DNA from: Eledone cirrhosa
Lineage: Eukaryota
NCBI GenBank assembly: GCA_964016885.1
Contig: OZ024748.1
Coordinates: 55,552,001 to 55,616,000 of the forward strand
Length of the DNA: 64,000 bases
Direction of reading: 5' to 3'
The notes beneath the pieces are model-generated. The model saw only the letters and a list, made by a program, of their open reading frames with translations, did not search any database and was not told the origin of the DNA. This document shows, in pieces, positions 12,991 to 27,761 of this stretch. Each line of letters starts with the position of its first letter. Positions within the stretch are counted from its first letter, which is position 1. A program made the translations under genes and the position numbers.

Positions 12991-13358
12991 AGCAGCTACA
13001 TTGTGAATATATCATATATATGGGTTTGAAGAATAACCATTTGAATTGCAACACATTTCTTATTTTTAGGTTTTTAGATAAACCATACATTTTGAGAACG
13101 AATTTTTACTGACTGATCGGACACGTGAAATGATCGATAAGCTAAACACTTGAAGCGGTTAAGACACTGTCGTAAGCTGTCCAAATTGTTGTAATGTTAA
13201 AGCAATCGGTGATGAGACATCATATGTAGGATGTTTCTGTGTATAATTTTATATATATACATGCATATAAACATGCATATATACACAACACACGCACACT
13301 CACGCATTCAAACACTCACGCGTACACAGACACACACACACACATACCCTACCCCGCC

Positions 13359-13390
<32 letters not shown>

Positions 13391-13585
13391 CAGACATAAA
13401 TATATATATATTTATATATCGAGAGACACGAGGAAGTGATAACGAATAAGATGCGTGAAAAAGATATGCCGCATCCGAAATAAAAGAAGGTGATAGTTTA
13501 GAGAGAGATAAAGAATAAAGATGATAGTGTTGCACACGAATGAAGAAAAATATTATACTTTCACATATATATATATACATACATT

Positions 13586-13670
<85 letters not shown>

Positions 13671-13866
13671 GGAAAAGAATGAAACAAAAATTTCATTTCT
13701 CACTCTTAGTACGGCTGATATTTAAATGTAAGTATGTATGTATACGTACATAAATATATGTATACAGATGTACAGTAGTATGTATATATATATACATACA
13801 TGCACACATATATATGTACGTATGGGTTTACCGAACATTTATTATAATGTTAGGTTTGATTGTTTG

Positions 13867-13982
<116 letters not shown>

Positions 13983-14329
13983 AAGAGTGAAGGTGTATGA
14001 AGGTCGAAACTATAAAAATAATGAATGTATGTATTGGAAATTACACGGATGTATACAAACATATTAACACGCTTATATATACATACATTTGTATATTTAA
14101 CATAACCCTCACTATAAATACATATATAAACATACATACATATAACACGTCTCTATATATACATGTATGCGTTTGGTGTTGTCGTGTGCATATATACATG
14201 AAAGCCCAAACGCGTACTTGATATATATATATATATATGTGTGTGTATATATGTATATATATATATACATCTATATATGTATATATATGTATGTATATAT
14301 GTATATATGTATATATGTATACATCTATA

Positions 14330-14370
<41 letters not shown>

Positions 14371-14395
14371 GCATATATATATATATATATATATC

Positions 14396-14465
<70 letters not shown>

Positions 14466-14750
14466 TAAATATATATGTATACACACCTATGTATATGTGT
14501 ATATATGTGTAAATAGAGAAACTTATTTCGCCTGCGAGGTACCAAGTAACGATCAAGATGTCTGCCAGATCGGTAACTGTGCCAACAAGAAATAACCTAT
14601 ATGTAAAGATAAAAACAAAGGAAAGAAACAGAAAACGTAGATGATAAAGTGATGGGACGAAAAACAATAGAATAGAAAAAAAAAAGATAACTAAGCAAAT
14701 AACGCATTAGCGAGATTCTGCCTAGACATATATGTATATATATATATTCA

Positions 14751-14799
<49 letters not shown>

Positions 14800-14825
14800 G
14801 GACAAAATGAAACGAAATATACATT

Positions 14826-14870
<45 letters not shown>

Positions 14871-15039
14871 ATATATACATATATATAGTAATAATAATAA
14901 ATTAGAAGACTAAAATCCAAAGAGGGCTCGATAAGGATAAATATATATCAAATTCTTATATATATTATATATAAATATATATCAAATTGTTTCAGAAGAT
15001 CCCGTTAAGGGTGAAAGCACCGATTCTTTGCTTAAACTT

Positions 15040-15072
<33 letters not shown>

Positions 15073-15254
15073 TATATATGTATACATATATATATATATG
15101 TGTATATATATATATATTTAATATATATATATGTATACATATGTATTTATAAATTATATAAATATATATGTTATATATACATATAAATATATAAGTAAAT
15201 ATATGTATGTATATATATATATTTATATAATTTGTTTACATGTGTATATCTGTT

Positions 15255-15311
<57 letters not shown>

Positions 15312-15450
15312 GTGTGTGCATGTGTTTTTGTGTATGTATGTATGTATGTATGTATGTATATATGTATGTCTAAAGAAACGAGAGTGGAAGAGACTAGGGT
15401 GATTAAAATGAGAGACATTGTGAGGATTAGTTATAATAAAAAGTTGATGA

Positions 15451-15495
<45 letters not shown>

Positions 15496-15732
15496 TGTGC
15501 ACATTTCAAATAGAACACACATTATATGGTGACATTAAATGAAATTTAGATTAATATATGGCTTACACACCCAGCCCGAAACAGAATCAACCAGAGAGAA
15601 ATAATAGGAACTTAATTCATTTATAATACCTCTAACGATTCTTTGTTTGGACTAAATTGCAAATTAAGTGAATAAAAACAAAAGTGTAAAACGCGTTTGA
15701 TAGTATGTAAGTGTGTTTGTGTGTGTGTCCGC

Positions 15733-15794
<62 letters not shown>

Positions 15795-16359
15795 ATGTAT
15801 TTGTGTATGTATGTATGTACCTTTTTCGTCCGCAATCGCTGCAATCTGACGCTCCGTGTATTCGTAGAAACTGAGGAAGAGTGGCTAATGGCTATATATA
15901 TATATATAGCATTAAATTCTTGATTTTTCACCAATATACATCTTTCGCCCCATTACCTTCTCTGTTCGTTTCTCACACCAGCTTCTCCCATCTCATTCTT
16001 ACTGTTTTATGCTTGGATCTTCTCTGCACAAATAAAGTTCATGAAATAAATTTCAATGATGCTGATGTTGATGATAATGATGATGATGATGATGATGATG
16101 GTGGTGGTGATTTTGACGATGGTTTTGACAATCAGAGTTGACAATTTTCATGACTCTGAAAATAATTATTACAATTAATATTAGTATTGCTGTTTGTTTC
16201 CGACGCCAGCATCATTACCATCGTCCTTATTTCCCCCACCTTCACTATCATTGCTACCTACCTCACACTATTACCATTAAGATAATATTTATATTGCCTT
16301 TCTCATTATCTTTCTCATTCGGAATCTAAGAGAGACACGACTGACACAGAAACATTTAT

Positions 16360-16630
16360 TTTCTGTCTCTGTCTCTCTCTCTCTCACTCTCCCTCACACA
16401 CACACTCTCTCTCGCCCCCTCTCTCTCTCTCTCCATTGCGATCTCTCTCTCTCTCTCACACACACACTCTCTCTCTCGCTCCCCCTCTTTCTCTCTCTCT
16501 CTATTGCGATCTCTCTCTCTCTCTATTGCTCTCTTTCTCTCACTCACACACACACACACTCTCGCTCTCCCTTCTCTCTCTATCTCTCTCTCTATTACTC
16601 GCTCTCTCTCACATACACACACACATTCTC

Positions 16631-16667
<37 letters not shown>

Positions 16668-16670
16668 GTA
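16360..16670. repeat. Compound (CT)n/(CA)n low-complexity repeat
   Basis: Repeated CTCTCT..ATTGCGATCTCTC..CACACA blocks. Confidence 0.85.
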
Positions 16671-17018
16671 TATATATATATATTTTGTACACCCACACAC
16701 CATATCCTCTCTCTCTGTTTTGGGGAGTTATACGATGAAAGAACAAAAACATTTCATGTAATTAAATACTACTTAATGAAATAAGGATGACGCTCTTTGC
16801 TATGCCTCTTTGCCAGAGCGTGATCGTCTGATCCTCAATCTTGGAGATACGACAGGTGTTTACAGAGATTAAATGCTATGACCTCATTTCCACGAAAGCT
16901 ATCGCATGTTTAATATAACGCAAAGCAAGTTTGAAAAAAAGAAAATACATTTACATAGCATACAGCCACCAGCCCTGAATAACACCACACAAGGATATAG
17001 ACAGTAATACAATCTTAT

Positions 17019-17093
<75 letters not shown>

Positions 17094-17208
17094 CGTATAC
17101 AAAACACTCACATATACAGACTAATATCCGCATAAACTCATCCAAACACACAAACGTGTACACACACACACACATAAAAAAGTACATAAGAATTCAAAGA
17201 CACACATG

Positions 17209-17240
<32 letters not shown>

Positions 17241-18309
17241 ACCATGCACACGTGTACATACATACACTCACTCATACGTAAACATACACACAGACATACA
17301 CACACACACACAATCACACAGAAAACTACATAAACTTTCATAGACACACGCAGTTCCATCAACGATGCACCAATTACACACAATTTACTAATGCACACTC
17401 ACGAAATGTATTCAATCCGCAGACACAGGTAAGAGAACCCGTGACACACCTGGATTCTGCATCTTTGCCATCACTCCTGGGCGCTGGATTATTCACCTAA
17501 TTACCGACTTACGATTTTCCAACTACCGTTGTTCACCCCCGTCTCTCTTTCTCTTTCTGTCATTTTATCTCTCTCCCTCTCTCTTCTAACATTGCTATTT
17601 TCGAAAGAAGGACATATGTCCGATACGTTCAAGACCTCATTTACTTCTCTGTATGAATGATTTGAAGTTTGTCTGGAACTGTAATCTTCATAAGTCCACC
17701 ATCAACATTGTCATCAATGGTTTGTCTCTCGTATTATCTCGTACAACCGTAAACAGTCCCTGTCTTACAATGACGATGTTTGGAACTTACAATGAGAACA
17801 GGCAAAGTCCTGATACCGAAACCATGAAACCAGTTGCTTTAAATAGTCACAACCCCATAGACATGGGTGTTAAACTGTTCAGGAGAAAATAAATCTGATT
17901 TTAAAACCGGGGTAGATGCATTTAGTTTCTCTTAGCTATCTCTGATCGAGAACTCAGAAACCTCCCCGGAGGTGTGGGTCCTCGAGCAATGGTTACGGCG
18001 TTTTCTGAAGAGACAGGGACTCTAAATTTAAGTTTGCAATTTACGTGATTGCTATTCATCATGCTTAGGCCTATTACCAAATAATATTTACTTAGAATTA
18101 GAGAGTCATGTCCGTGTTGTAGAAGAGCTGGTCACTATAATCCAATGACGTACACATGTCTCGTTTAGAATGTTATTCTATCAGTATATTTTTTCCAATA
18201 TAACTGTAAACTATACAATGGTGTTGATATGTTTTATTAAGAAAAAATGTACAAGTAATATACCAGTGTCAACACACATATATGTATATACATACATGTA
18301 TATATATAC

Positions 18310-18462
<153 letters not shown>

Positions 18463-18889
18463 ATATATATGTATATATATATATATATATTATATATATA
18501 TATGTATATATATATGTGTGTGTGTGTGTTGTTTTCCGGTAATTAGTGTTTAAGGTAAGGAGTATATGGTGGACACTGGTATATTACTTGTACATTTTTT
18601 CTTAATAAAACATATCAACACCATTGTATAGTTTACAGTTATATTGGAAAAAGATATACTGATAGAATATTGTATATTTATTTATATAGTGTATATTTAT
18701 TTATATATATATATATAGAGAGAGATATATAAATAAATATACACGGGTGTTTATGATTGTGTATAGAAGATTATATTAATAAAAGGAATTACAACTTTGT
18801 CTGATTTAACCGTTTATTTACAATCCTTTAAAATTATAATGATATTATAATGAAATAGTATGGTAGAATATTAAAAGTTAGATGTTAAT

Positions 18890-18928
18890 TGAACAACTAC
18901 TTTCATGCTTTCGCAATCTTCAGGTTCA
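18890..18928 (-). ncRNA. Minimal type I hammerhead-like motif
   Basis: Minus strand UGAAC CUGAAGA U UGC-GAAA-GCA U GAAA GUAG UU GUUCA; stems I and II pair, stem III is imperfect. Confidence 0.55.
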
Positions 18929-19603
18929 TATTCAGAGGTGACAGTCAAGTTTGCAATTTTCAATTGCAAACTTGACTGTCATATATATATATATAAAATA
19001 TATATATATAGAGAGAGAGAGATTCATGATGATTTCTAAAGAATGAAACAGTTCTAGTCCTGCAGAATCTCATCTATATTATATATATATATATATTTAT
19101 ACATATAAGCAATATTAACATAACTTAAATCTGTATCGTTTTCCCGGTAAATAGTGTTTACTGTAACGGTTGTATGCTGGACACTGCTATATCCCTTGTA
19201 TATATATATCCTTCTTAATACAATATATTTGGTGTAGTATCTTAGAATTGCATATATGTTATGCACATCTTGCAAATAAAATCTCCAGGTAGATTTAAAT
19301 GAAATATCTTCGATTTCAAATTGATGTTAATGATGAATCTGAGGAGAATTCCTTTTTGATCATAATATAATAAGATTATTCCTAGAAATTCCTGCGTTTG
19401 AATTTACATACTTTTATTGAATAAACATTTCTGTTAGTTACAAATATGTTCCCTACAGATTCTTGATCATATTTATTATATACTCTTCTAGTCGCTACTT
19501 GACTGTTGAATCCCTTTTAAATATTATACGTAAATACTAAGACCCTGAGTATTGACAAAAGTACATGGTATATATATATATATATATATATATAAATATA
19601 TAT

Positions 19604-19768
19604 AACAAAGAAGGCGTGGTAAGCTACCAGGTGGACTATAACGCAACAGAATACTCAATACTTAGGGTAGTAGAGTGGGTAATAGGAAAAGAGTCAGGAC
19701 CCCGACGGCTGAGCTTAGTTCGGGTCTAGCTGTCGAAACGGCCGGAGTTCAACCACTCTTTTCTTTCC
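19604..19768 (-). mobile_element. Dispersed repeat family B (Penelope pLTR-like)
   Basis: Shares TACTCAATACTTAGGGTAGTAGAGTGGGTAATAGGAA..GGACCCCGACGGCTGAGC with five other copies; flanked by (TA)n. Confidence 0.75.
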
Positions 19769-19782
19769 TATATATATATATA

Positions 19783-19877
<95 letters not shown>

Positions 19878-20516
19878 GTATTCAAGAAGAGCACTGAGAT
19901 CAGTGATATAATTTGCCCGTTTGTAGGAAACTTTTTACATTATGCAATAATACATCAGCAAGGGGCAAACGTTTGTAAATAGATATAGTAAATTCCGATA
20001 AAATGTCCGACAGGTGTCGCGTTAGTAACTTTTGTGTTGTGACATTCCAGATTTAGAAGCGAAAACTGTCAAAGAACGAGTGTTTTAGCCAACAATCTGA
20101 TCAGGTCTCAACATCTGTTTTTGCTACTCAACAAGAGAGCGATTCCTTTTCATTTCAATATTTGTACAGGGGCTATGATTTCTGTGGTTACTGTCATTTT
20201 TGATATTGGTCGTCTTTTTCTATCTACTCAGGCTAGCGAACCATAAATCACTGGCCAAATACCCGTATAGTCAGTCCACTTCTGTCCACATTGGATTACT
20301 TCAATGATACTCATGTGAAATGGAGGAAATGTATAATCTGTAATGCCATTTGAAAATGGAAGAATCTAATTCATGAGTCATATTCTAGTATGGCTTTCAG
20401 TGTGTAACTGATATTGTTTAATTGATTTAAGAAATAATACAAACAATGTCCAGGATTGCGTAAAGATGGGAGCATGTTTAGATAGAAACATGAAATCATT
20501 ACGATGATGATAATAA

Positions 20517-20912
20517 TTGTTTCTACATTTGGTGAAAGAAATCTATTCCAGGGTGTTACTAATACTTTATTTTATCGACCCCGTAATGATGAAAGGCAAA
20601 ACTACCCTCAGCAGATTTTGAACTCCTAAAGGTCCGTACCGAAATTCCACGAAGAAGGTTATTCGATGCTCTATCGAATCTGGCAATCCAAAATTCAATA
20701 ATAGTATTCTACATTTGACACGGGGCTATCAATTTGAAGGGAATGGGACAGTGGAATAAATTGACTACAGTGTGTTATTTGTACTTTATTTATCGACCCA
20801 GTAAGGGTGAAAGGCACAACTAACCTCGGCGTGATTTGATCTCAGAACGTAAAGAGCCGTACTATATGCCACAAAGCATTTTATCAAACGCTCTACTAAT
20901 CCTGCCACACCA
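20517..20912 (-). mobile_element. Two tandem diverged SINE family A copies
   Basis: Cores TTTATCGACCCCGTAATGATGAAAGGC (~20571) and TTTATCGACCCAGTAAGGGTGAAAGGC (~20789). Confidence 0.85.
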
Positions 20913-22835
20913 AAATCCAACAATAATAACAATAATAAAAATGGTTTCTTTATAATAATAATTATGATAATAACAATAATATTAATAATGATGATGATGA
21001 TGATTAATAATTATTAAGAATAACATCAATAAGAAAAATAATTTTAAATTCTTTTATTTTAAACATAATGAAAATGCTTAAATTTAATATTGTTACGAAA
21101 TATATATTAAAATAATATTTTCATTTAAGAAGTTTATTTTCACTGTTAAATATTATGCTTTCCAACACAATTGTAATCCATATCCAATTATTCAGCAAGT
21201 CTGTGAAATTGGATTTGCTTACGCTTAACAAAGACTGAACTAGCCATCTTCTAAAGATAGAGTACTTAAATGCTTTTTGATTCAGATCATTACGGACATT
21301 TGCGGTTTGGGTGGTAAATGTCTGATATAAATTAAAAGATAATTGTTGCAAGCAAAGCAATTTCGTTATTTAACTAATAGAATAGGGGCTTAGTTATACG
21401 GTGGAGTAGAGATTGTATTTCACACAATGCCATTCTCATATAAGTTATTCATTGACTCTGATTTCTAATTATCCGTATTCCTATAGCTACTTGTGTATCT
21501 TTTATTGCTGCAGGGTTTGTCATTAATAAATATTTCGCACTGATGCTGCTTTCTTCACGTTAGCTGCCGTATCATCAATAAAGATAAGGAATCTAATGAC
21601 ATGGCTAAACCATAGTCGACTACTTTCAATTGGAGAACATAAATATTTTGTAATTAGCCACCCTAATGTCTTCCACATCACTATGTTGTTCAATAAAAGT
21701 TTGATTTAAGCCAATCAATGTATCAGCAGATCTAATTCAAACTCAAAATATAGGTGATCAGAATATAATGGAAGTTGAATCTAGAATAGAAAAGAAGACA
21801 CATTTTTTATTATTGTTTTATTCCTTCGCTGATTGCCAGAGGCAAGTGAAGCAATAGAAAATGCACCCCTTCCACACAGAAAAATCACAACTAGTAACTA
21901 GATACAGAGGACTAAATATATAAGAATTTGGAAAGTATTGGCGTTACAGATGATCAATGGAAACATAGTCACGATATCTGGCAAGACTTAATATACCATA
22001 AGAAAGCCATGAAAGTAAACATCAATTCTACTAATGAAATTTCTAGCCAACAATACGGCTTTCACTTAGTGCTTCAAACTACGAGAAATAGCAGTATAAT
22101 ATATATCAAATCAATCATCTATGCTTTAAATATATACGGATCGGATAAATAGTAGAGTTCTTGAGAAATAACTTCTAGGAAAGAAAAACTGGTTAGTTAA
22201 TGCTAACAAACATCTGATAACAGTTATGCTCGATCGGGGCTATCTTGGGATTAAAATTAAGAGAAGCAAATCAATACGATATTAAAATAACAAAAAGATG
22301 AGGAGAGAGGAAGAAGGGGAAAAAATAGGAAAGGAATAGGAGAAAAAAAAGTATACAGGTCCCATCGTGGGAAGACACAGGTGAAAGAGACATGCCAAAA
22401 AGTAACCGTGGAAAAATAGGGAAAGTAAGTTGTGGCCAGCCTGGGAGAATTTAGCCTGGTGGTCAGCTATGACTCAGAGCTGGTATAATCGTGCTGCCTC
22501 TCACATAGACAGGAGAAAGTGAGAGAGAGACACGGGCAACCAAAAGTGAGGAGGAGAAGGCAAAGGGAGAAAATCCAGAAGGGTTTTTGTTTCGAAGTTG
22601 GTAAAAACGTGCCGCAAAGATTGCGGACAGAGAGCCACCACGGCACGTGTAAACATGTCAACAATCAAAACTGAATGGATGGATAGAGAGAGAGAGGGAG
22701 AGAGAAGAAAAACGAGCGTGAGGAGGAGAAGGGAAGGGAATATATATATATATATATAGTTCAATATTTAAAAAGACAAGCACAGAGTCTTATTACTTTC
22801 ACGTCTTATTACTTTCGCAGAAGACACACACACAC

Positions 22836-22872
<37 letters not shown>

Positions 22873-23295
22873 CGTCGGTGAACTTTGAAATGTTTGCATT
22901 CCAACGTAAATCAACAATATAAAAGCTGATCAACATTAGTAATAGTTCAGAAAATCAAGCGAATAACCATATAATCGGATTGGAGAAAAAGCGTGAAGCG
23001 GAACCTTTACACACTTTCCTAGAGCTACTTTACCCGATTTTTGTAACTATTCTTCATAGGGATCGACAATTATCACGAGTGAATTGCTTGGGGACACAAT
23101 CATTTCATATATATATATATATTTTTTTAGACATCTCTCTCTCTCTCGCTCTCCATCTTGATATATATATATATATATATAAAGAGGGATAGGGAGAGAG
23201 GGAGAGCGATGTCGAAGATCTCGACCGCAATGGGAGTGGTATCAGCTTGTGTTTTCAGTAAGACTCTGTATGTATATATATATGTGTGTATATGA

Positions 23296-23480
23296 GGCCA
23301 CTCTTGAGTGCTACCGGTAACATGTAAACTAGTACAACCTGTCGCATGGTCGGGTCGTCGGCGACTAAACTGGCAACCCGCCACGCTTACTTGGTGAGGA
23401 GGGTGATTTTGGACACCCTGCAGGACAAAGAACAAAACCTGACATAGGGCGGAAGAACTAATAAGAGTCAACGGGCTTCC
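23296..23480 (+). mobile_element. Solo LINE-like 5' leader with HDV-like ribozyme remnant (family C)
   Basis: HDV-like element order at 23296-23373; homologous to 31805-31960 and 41115-41245. Confidence 0.55.
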
Positions 23481-23545
23481 AAAAATGTGTAAATATGTAT
23501 ATACACATGTACATATGTATGTGTATGTATATACATGTGTATATG

Positions 23546-26500
23546 CCTGCGGTGTCAGGGAGGGGCATGTACCTCTGTAGGCGGGGCTAGCCATGCCTTT
23601 TTCAGGAGAGCTCGTCCTGCATTGGGTCCCACCTGACACTCAGCTCTCACCTGTGGCCCCACCAAGCTGTAGCATGCGATAGCGGCCACACCCAGGTAAA
23701 CCGCCTTGGCTGGCGGGCCGAACCAAGTTGAGGGTAGCCGGACGGGTGAGTTAGATATGGGATGTATGCCCCTGCATGCGAAGACCCGGCGGAGTAGTGG
23801 AGGAGGACAACATCGTCCCAACAGTCACGAAGGCGGCGACAGCAAGCGGTGGGGAGCGTTAGGGCACGGCAGGGCATTACAGACGTCGTGGCCATCCACA
23901 GCAGCCAAGGAAGTCCCTGGTCGTGACGGTCCTCGGTACCACCGGATTCTGGCACAGATTTCTTCTTTAGTGTGCACTCCCAAATCCCTACAGCAATGGA
24001 CGAGAGGTGGAGGTAACAGGTGGAGGTACCTCTGGGAGTTGCCAGTCTCAAACCTACACGTGGGCGGCCTGGATGCGCAAGTCGTTCTCTTCTTGACCCT
24101 GGGATGACAGAGGTCAGGTGTTCCACCGGCCGACTGAGAAGCCCTTTTCAGGGGAGGACTGTTAACCCTCGCTCGAGGGGAGGGGTGATAAAAGGAGCCC
24201 TAACCAAATGCTCGTCCCACACAAAGCCGGCCAGTCTACCGCGGCTGGCGGTTTTACCCTTGCAAGTGGTAGAAACCTACATAATAGAAAGAAGAACTTG
24301 ATTCTTGGTGCATGGAATGTGCGCACCCTCATGGATAGGGAAACCTCATTGAGGCCAGAGAGAAGAACTGCCCTCATAGCAAGGGAATTAGCTCGCTACT
24401 GGATCGACATAGCCGCCCTCAGCGAGACTAGACTTGCCGAAGAAGGATCAGTAGCAGAACCGAAAGGAGGCTACACCTTCTTCTGAAAGGGCAATGCAAA
24501 GACGAGGACAGAATCCACAGCATAGGCTTGGTCATCAGGACTTCACTCTCCAAGAAGCTACCAGACCTCCCAATACTTGTGAGTGAGCGGCTGATGAAGC
24601 TCCGCTTCCCCTCGAGCCATCTCGGCATGTCACAGTCATCAGCACTCTCACCAGCAGCAACTGGTCTGGTCTGACAGCAGCAACTGGATGGGCGTACTTG
24701 GACTTCACGTCACAGGGAAGCTGAACTCTAACGGCCTCATACTGTTGAGTTTCTGCGCCGAGAACCACCTCACCATCACCAACACACTGTTCCGCCAGGC
24801 AGACAAGTTCAAGACGACATGGATGCACCCCAGATCCAAACAGTTGGATCTGATTGACTTTGCCATATGCCGCAGGAGGGAGATCCGTGACGTCAGAATC
24901 ACCAGGGTCATGCGTGGTGCAGAGTGTTGGACCGAACATCGCCTTGTCAGGACCTCCTATCACTGCACATCACCCCGACGCATCGCAAGACTCCGAAATT
25001 CTGTAGGCCAGCTTTCTACGTCGCACGACTCTAAGCAGCCAGAGCATCGTGATGCGTTCGCGGAAGACCTGGAGGCCGGCTGACTGCCCATGAACCACTG
25101 ACCGGACCCCCAACTCAACAGTGGGACCAGTTCAGGCAGGTCGGTGGTGACAGGGTCAGCCAAGTCAACCATCGGGCCGAGGAAGAGAGTGCACCAGGAC
25201 TGGTTTGATGAAAACGACGAGCGCATCAGACAACTCCTGGACGAGAAGAGGGGGGCTTTCATTGAGTGGCAGAATGACAGCTCCTCCACCTCGAAGCGCG
25301 ACCACTTCAAGCACCTCCAGAGGCGGACGTTAGCAGCGTTACGCAGAATGCAGGAAAGTGGTGGGAACAGAAGGCCGAAGAAGTCGAGAGATACGCTGAC
25401 ACAAATACCTCCAAGATGTTCTTCAGGGCCATCGGGGACGTCTACATACTCCCCTAAGCCTGTCACCACACCGCTGCTGTCTGCTGACGGCTCGATCCTG
25501 CTGAAGGAGAAGAGCAGCATCAACTCGAGGTGGAGAGAGCACTTCAGCAACCTGCACAACAGGCCCTCCAAAGTCGACCCTTCCGCCCTCGACCAGGTCC
25601 CACAGAAGCCCGTAGTCGGCAGCCTTGACCTCCCCCCTCCGACGTTGGATGAAGTCATGAAAGCAATCAACCAGACCAGCTCAGGAAAGGCCCCTGGGAA
25701 AGACGGGATTCCTGCCGAGATCTTCAGGTCGGCCAATCCAGCTGCCCTGAGGGCCTTCCACACCCCATCATCAGCATATGGGAGGAAGAAAGAGGTGCCC
25801 AAAGACTTCAGGGATGCCACAGTTTAAGAACAAAGGCAGAAAAACTGACTGTGGCAACTATCGGGGTATTTCTCTCCTGTCTATCGCTGGGAAGGTCGTG
25901 GCTCGGGTAATGCTCTACCGCCTCATTACCAACATCTCGGAGGATAACCTGCCTGAGGCCCAGTGTGGGTTCCGCCCAAACCGCAGTACGATCGACATGT
26001 TCTTCTATGTACGCCAGGTGCAGGAGAAGTGTGTTGAGCAGAACATGGACCTCTTTGCCGTCTTCATAGACTTGACGAAGGCCTTCGACACTGTCAGCAG
26101 GGAGGCCCTCTGGTCGATCCTGTCCAAGTTTGGATGCCCGACAAAGTTTGTGAACCCGATACGGCAATTCCATGACGACCGACCGGGCAGGTGCGCTCGG
26201 GCGGTTAGGCATCGGAGCCGTTCGGAATCACCAACGACGTCAAGCAGGGATGCGTGCTGGTTCCCGTCCTCTTCAACCTATTCATCACCTGCGTGCTCAA
26301 ATATGCCGTCAGGGACCTCGAGCACGGAGTGTATCTGCGATACAGACTGGACGGCTCCCTGTTTGACCTGCGGCGCCTGATGGCCAATACAAGGACCGTG
26401 CAGAGGATCGTCCTGGAGGAACATTTTGCTGACGACTGTGCCCTCATGTCCCACAGGGATTCTGACCTCCACCTCGTGGTCAACAAGATCGGGGAGGCTT

Positions 26501-27388
26501 CCTGCCGTTTCGGTCTCACATTTAGCCTTCGCAAGACTGAGGTCCTGTTCCAGCCTGCATCTGCCTCCGTCGCCCACCCTCCTTCCATCTCCATTGGAGG
26601 CACCAGCTAAAGACGGTGGTCGACTTCAAGTACCTCGGCAGTGTCATCAGCAGCGATGGAAGCCTCGACAAAGAGGTAAACGCCAGAATCTGCAAGGCTA
26701 GTCAAGCCCTCGGCCGTCTGAGGACACACGTACTGAACCAGCATAACATCAGGCAGTCCACCAAGCTCAAAGTGTACAGGGCCGTTGTTCTCACCAGCCT
26801 CCTCTACGGAGATGGACCCTGTACAGAAGGCATCTGAAGCAGCTGGAATGGTTCCACATGCGCAGCCTGCGGTCAATCATGAACATCAAATGACCGGACA
26901 AGGTCTCCAAAATCGAAGTTCTTGACATGGCTGAGACATCCAGTGTCGAAGCTATGATACTGAAGAGCCAACCTTGATGGGTGGGACATGTCATCTGGAT
27001 GGACGATCACAGGCTTCCGAAGCAACTTATGTTCGGGGAAACGAACGCGGAGCAGGTCTCTCAAGAGTTTCAAAGATTGCGTGAAGTCCAGCATCAACAA
27101 CATTGGAATCGCGCCAAAACAACTCGAGTCTCATGCTCAGGACAGGACTGAGTGGCGAGCACTTACCAGACGCGCCAAAGACTCTTTTGAAGAGAAGAGA
27201 CGGGCAGAGGCCCGTGAAAGAAGGGGAAAGGCATCAACAGCTGCCTCAAGCGACTCCGGTCTCTTCCCCTGCCCCACTGTCCCCGGACCTGCAAGTCAAA
27301 GATCGCCCTCCACAGCCACATTCGTGCCCATGGCAGACGGGAGCTAAAGTAAAGAAGATGCCATCGTCGTTTACGATGGACAACCAAG
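23546..27388 (+). mobile_element. Near-full-length RTE-clade LINE, inactivated
   Basis: GC-rich 5' UTR, APE-RT reading frame, 3' hairpin CCATCGT-CGTTT-ACGATGG (27361-27379) and short CCAAG tail. No TSD found. Confidence 0.92.
24208..27347 (+). pseudogene. APE endonuclease-reverse transcriptase pseudogene of the RTE element
   Basis: GAWNVRTL, DIAALSETR, TTWMHPRSK, GKAPGKDGIPAE, NYRGISLLS, QCGFRPNRST, FIDLTKAFD, KQGCVL.P.LFN, FADD, FKYLGS and a C-terminal CPHC..HSH finger, split by many frameshifts and stops. Confidence 0.92.
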
Positions 27389-27761
27389 GTGTGAGAGTGT
27401 TTGTGTTTGTATCGATGCATGGGTGTGTTAAGTTAGCAATCGGTTAATTTCTAAGTGTAGTTTTCGATCTAGTGGCTAGAGCGCAAATAAGACATGTTTT
27501 TCATTCAGAATTTGGTACAAATTATCAGCAGTTATGCTCTACGTATCCAGTAACACTCTGAACTATCAGCTGCCTCCTGTGAGATTATATTATATACACT
27601 AGCATTGCATTAATCAATATTATTAGCTTCTTAAAATGACTCTCGAATTACATTGCACAAAGTGTACATTACGTTGAGCTTTCACTTACCTAGACTTCGT
27701 AATAATAATAAAAATAACAATAAGATGAATAGTGATAACTATCATAATAATGGTAATAATG

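Noticed and set aside
17414-17435. CAG-ACACAG-GTAAGA microexon
   Set aside because: No polypyrimidine tract or other support; expected by chance.
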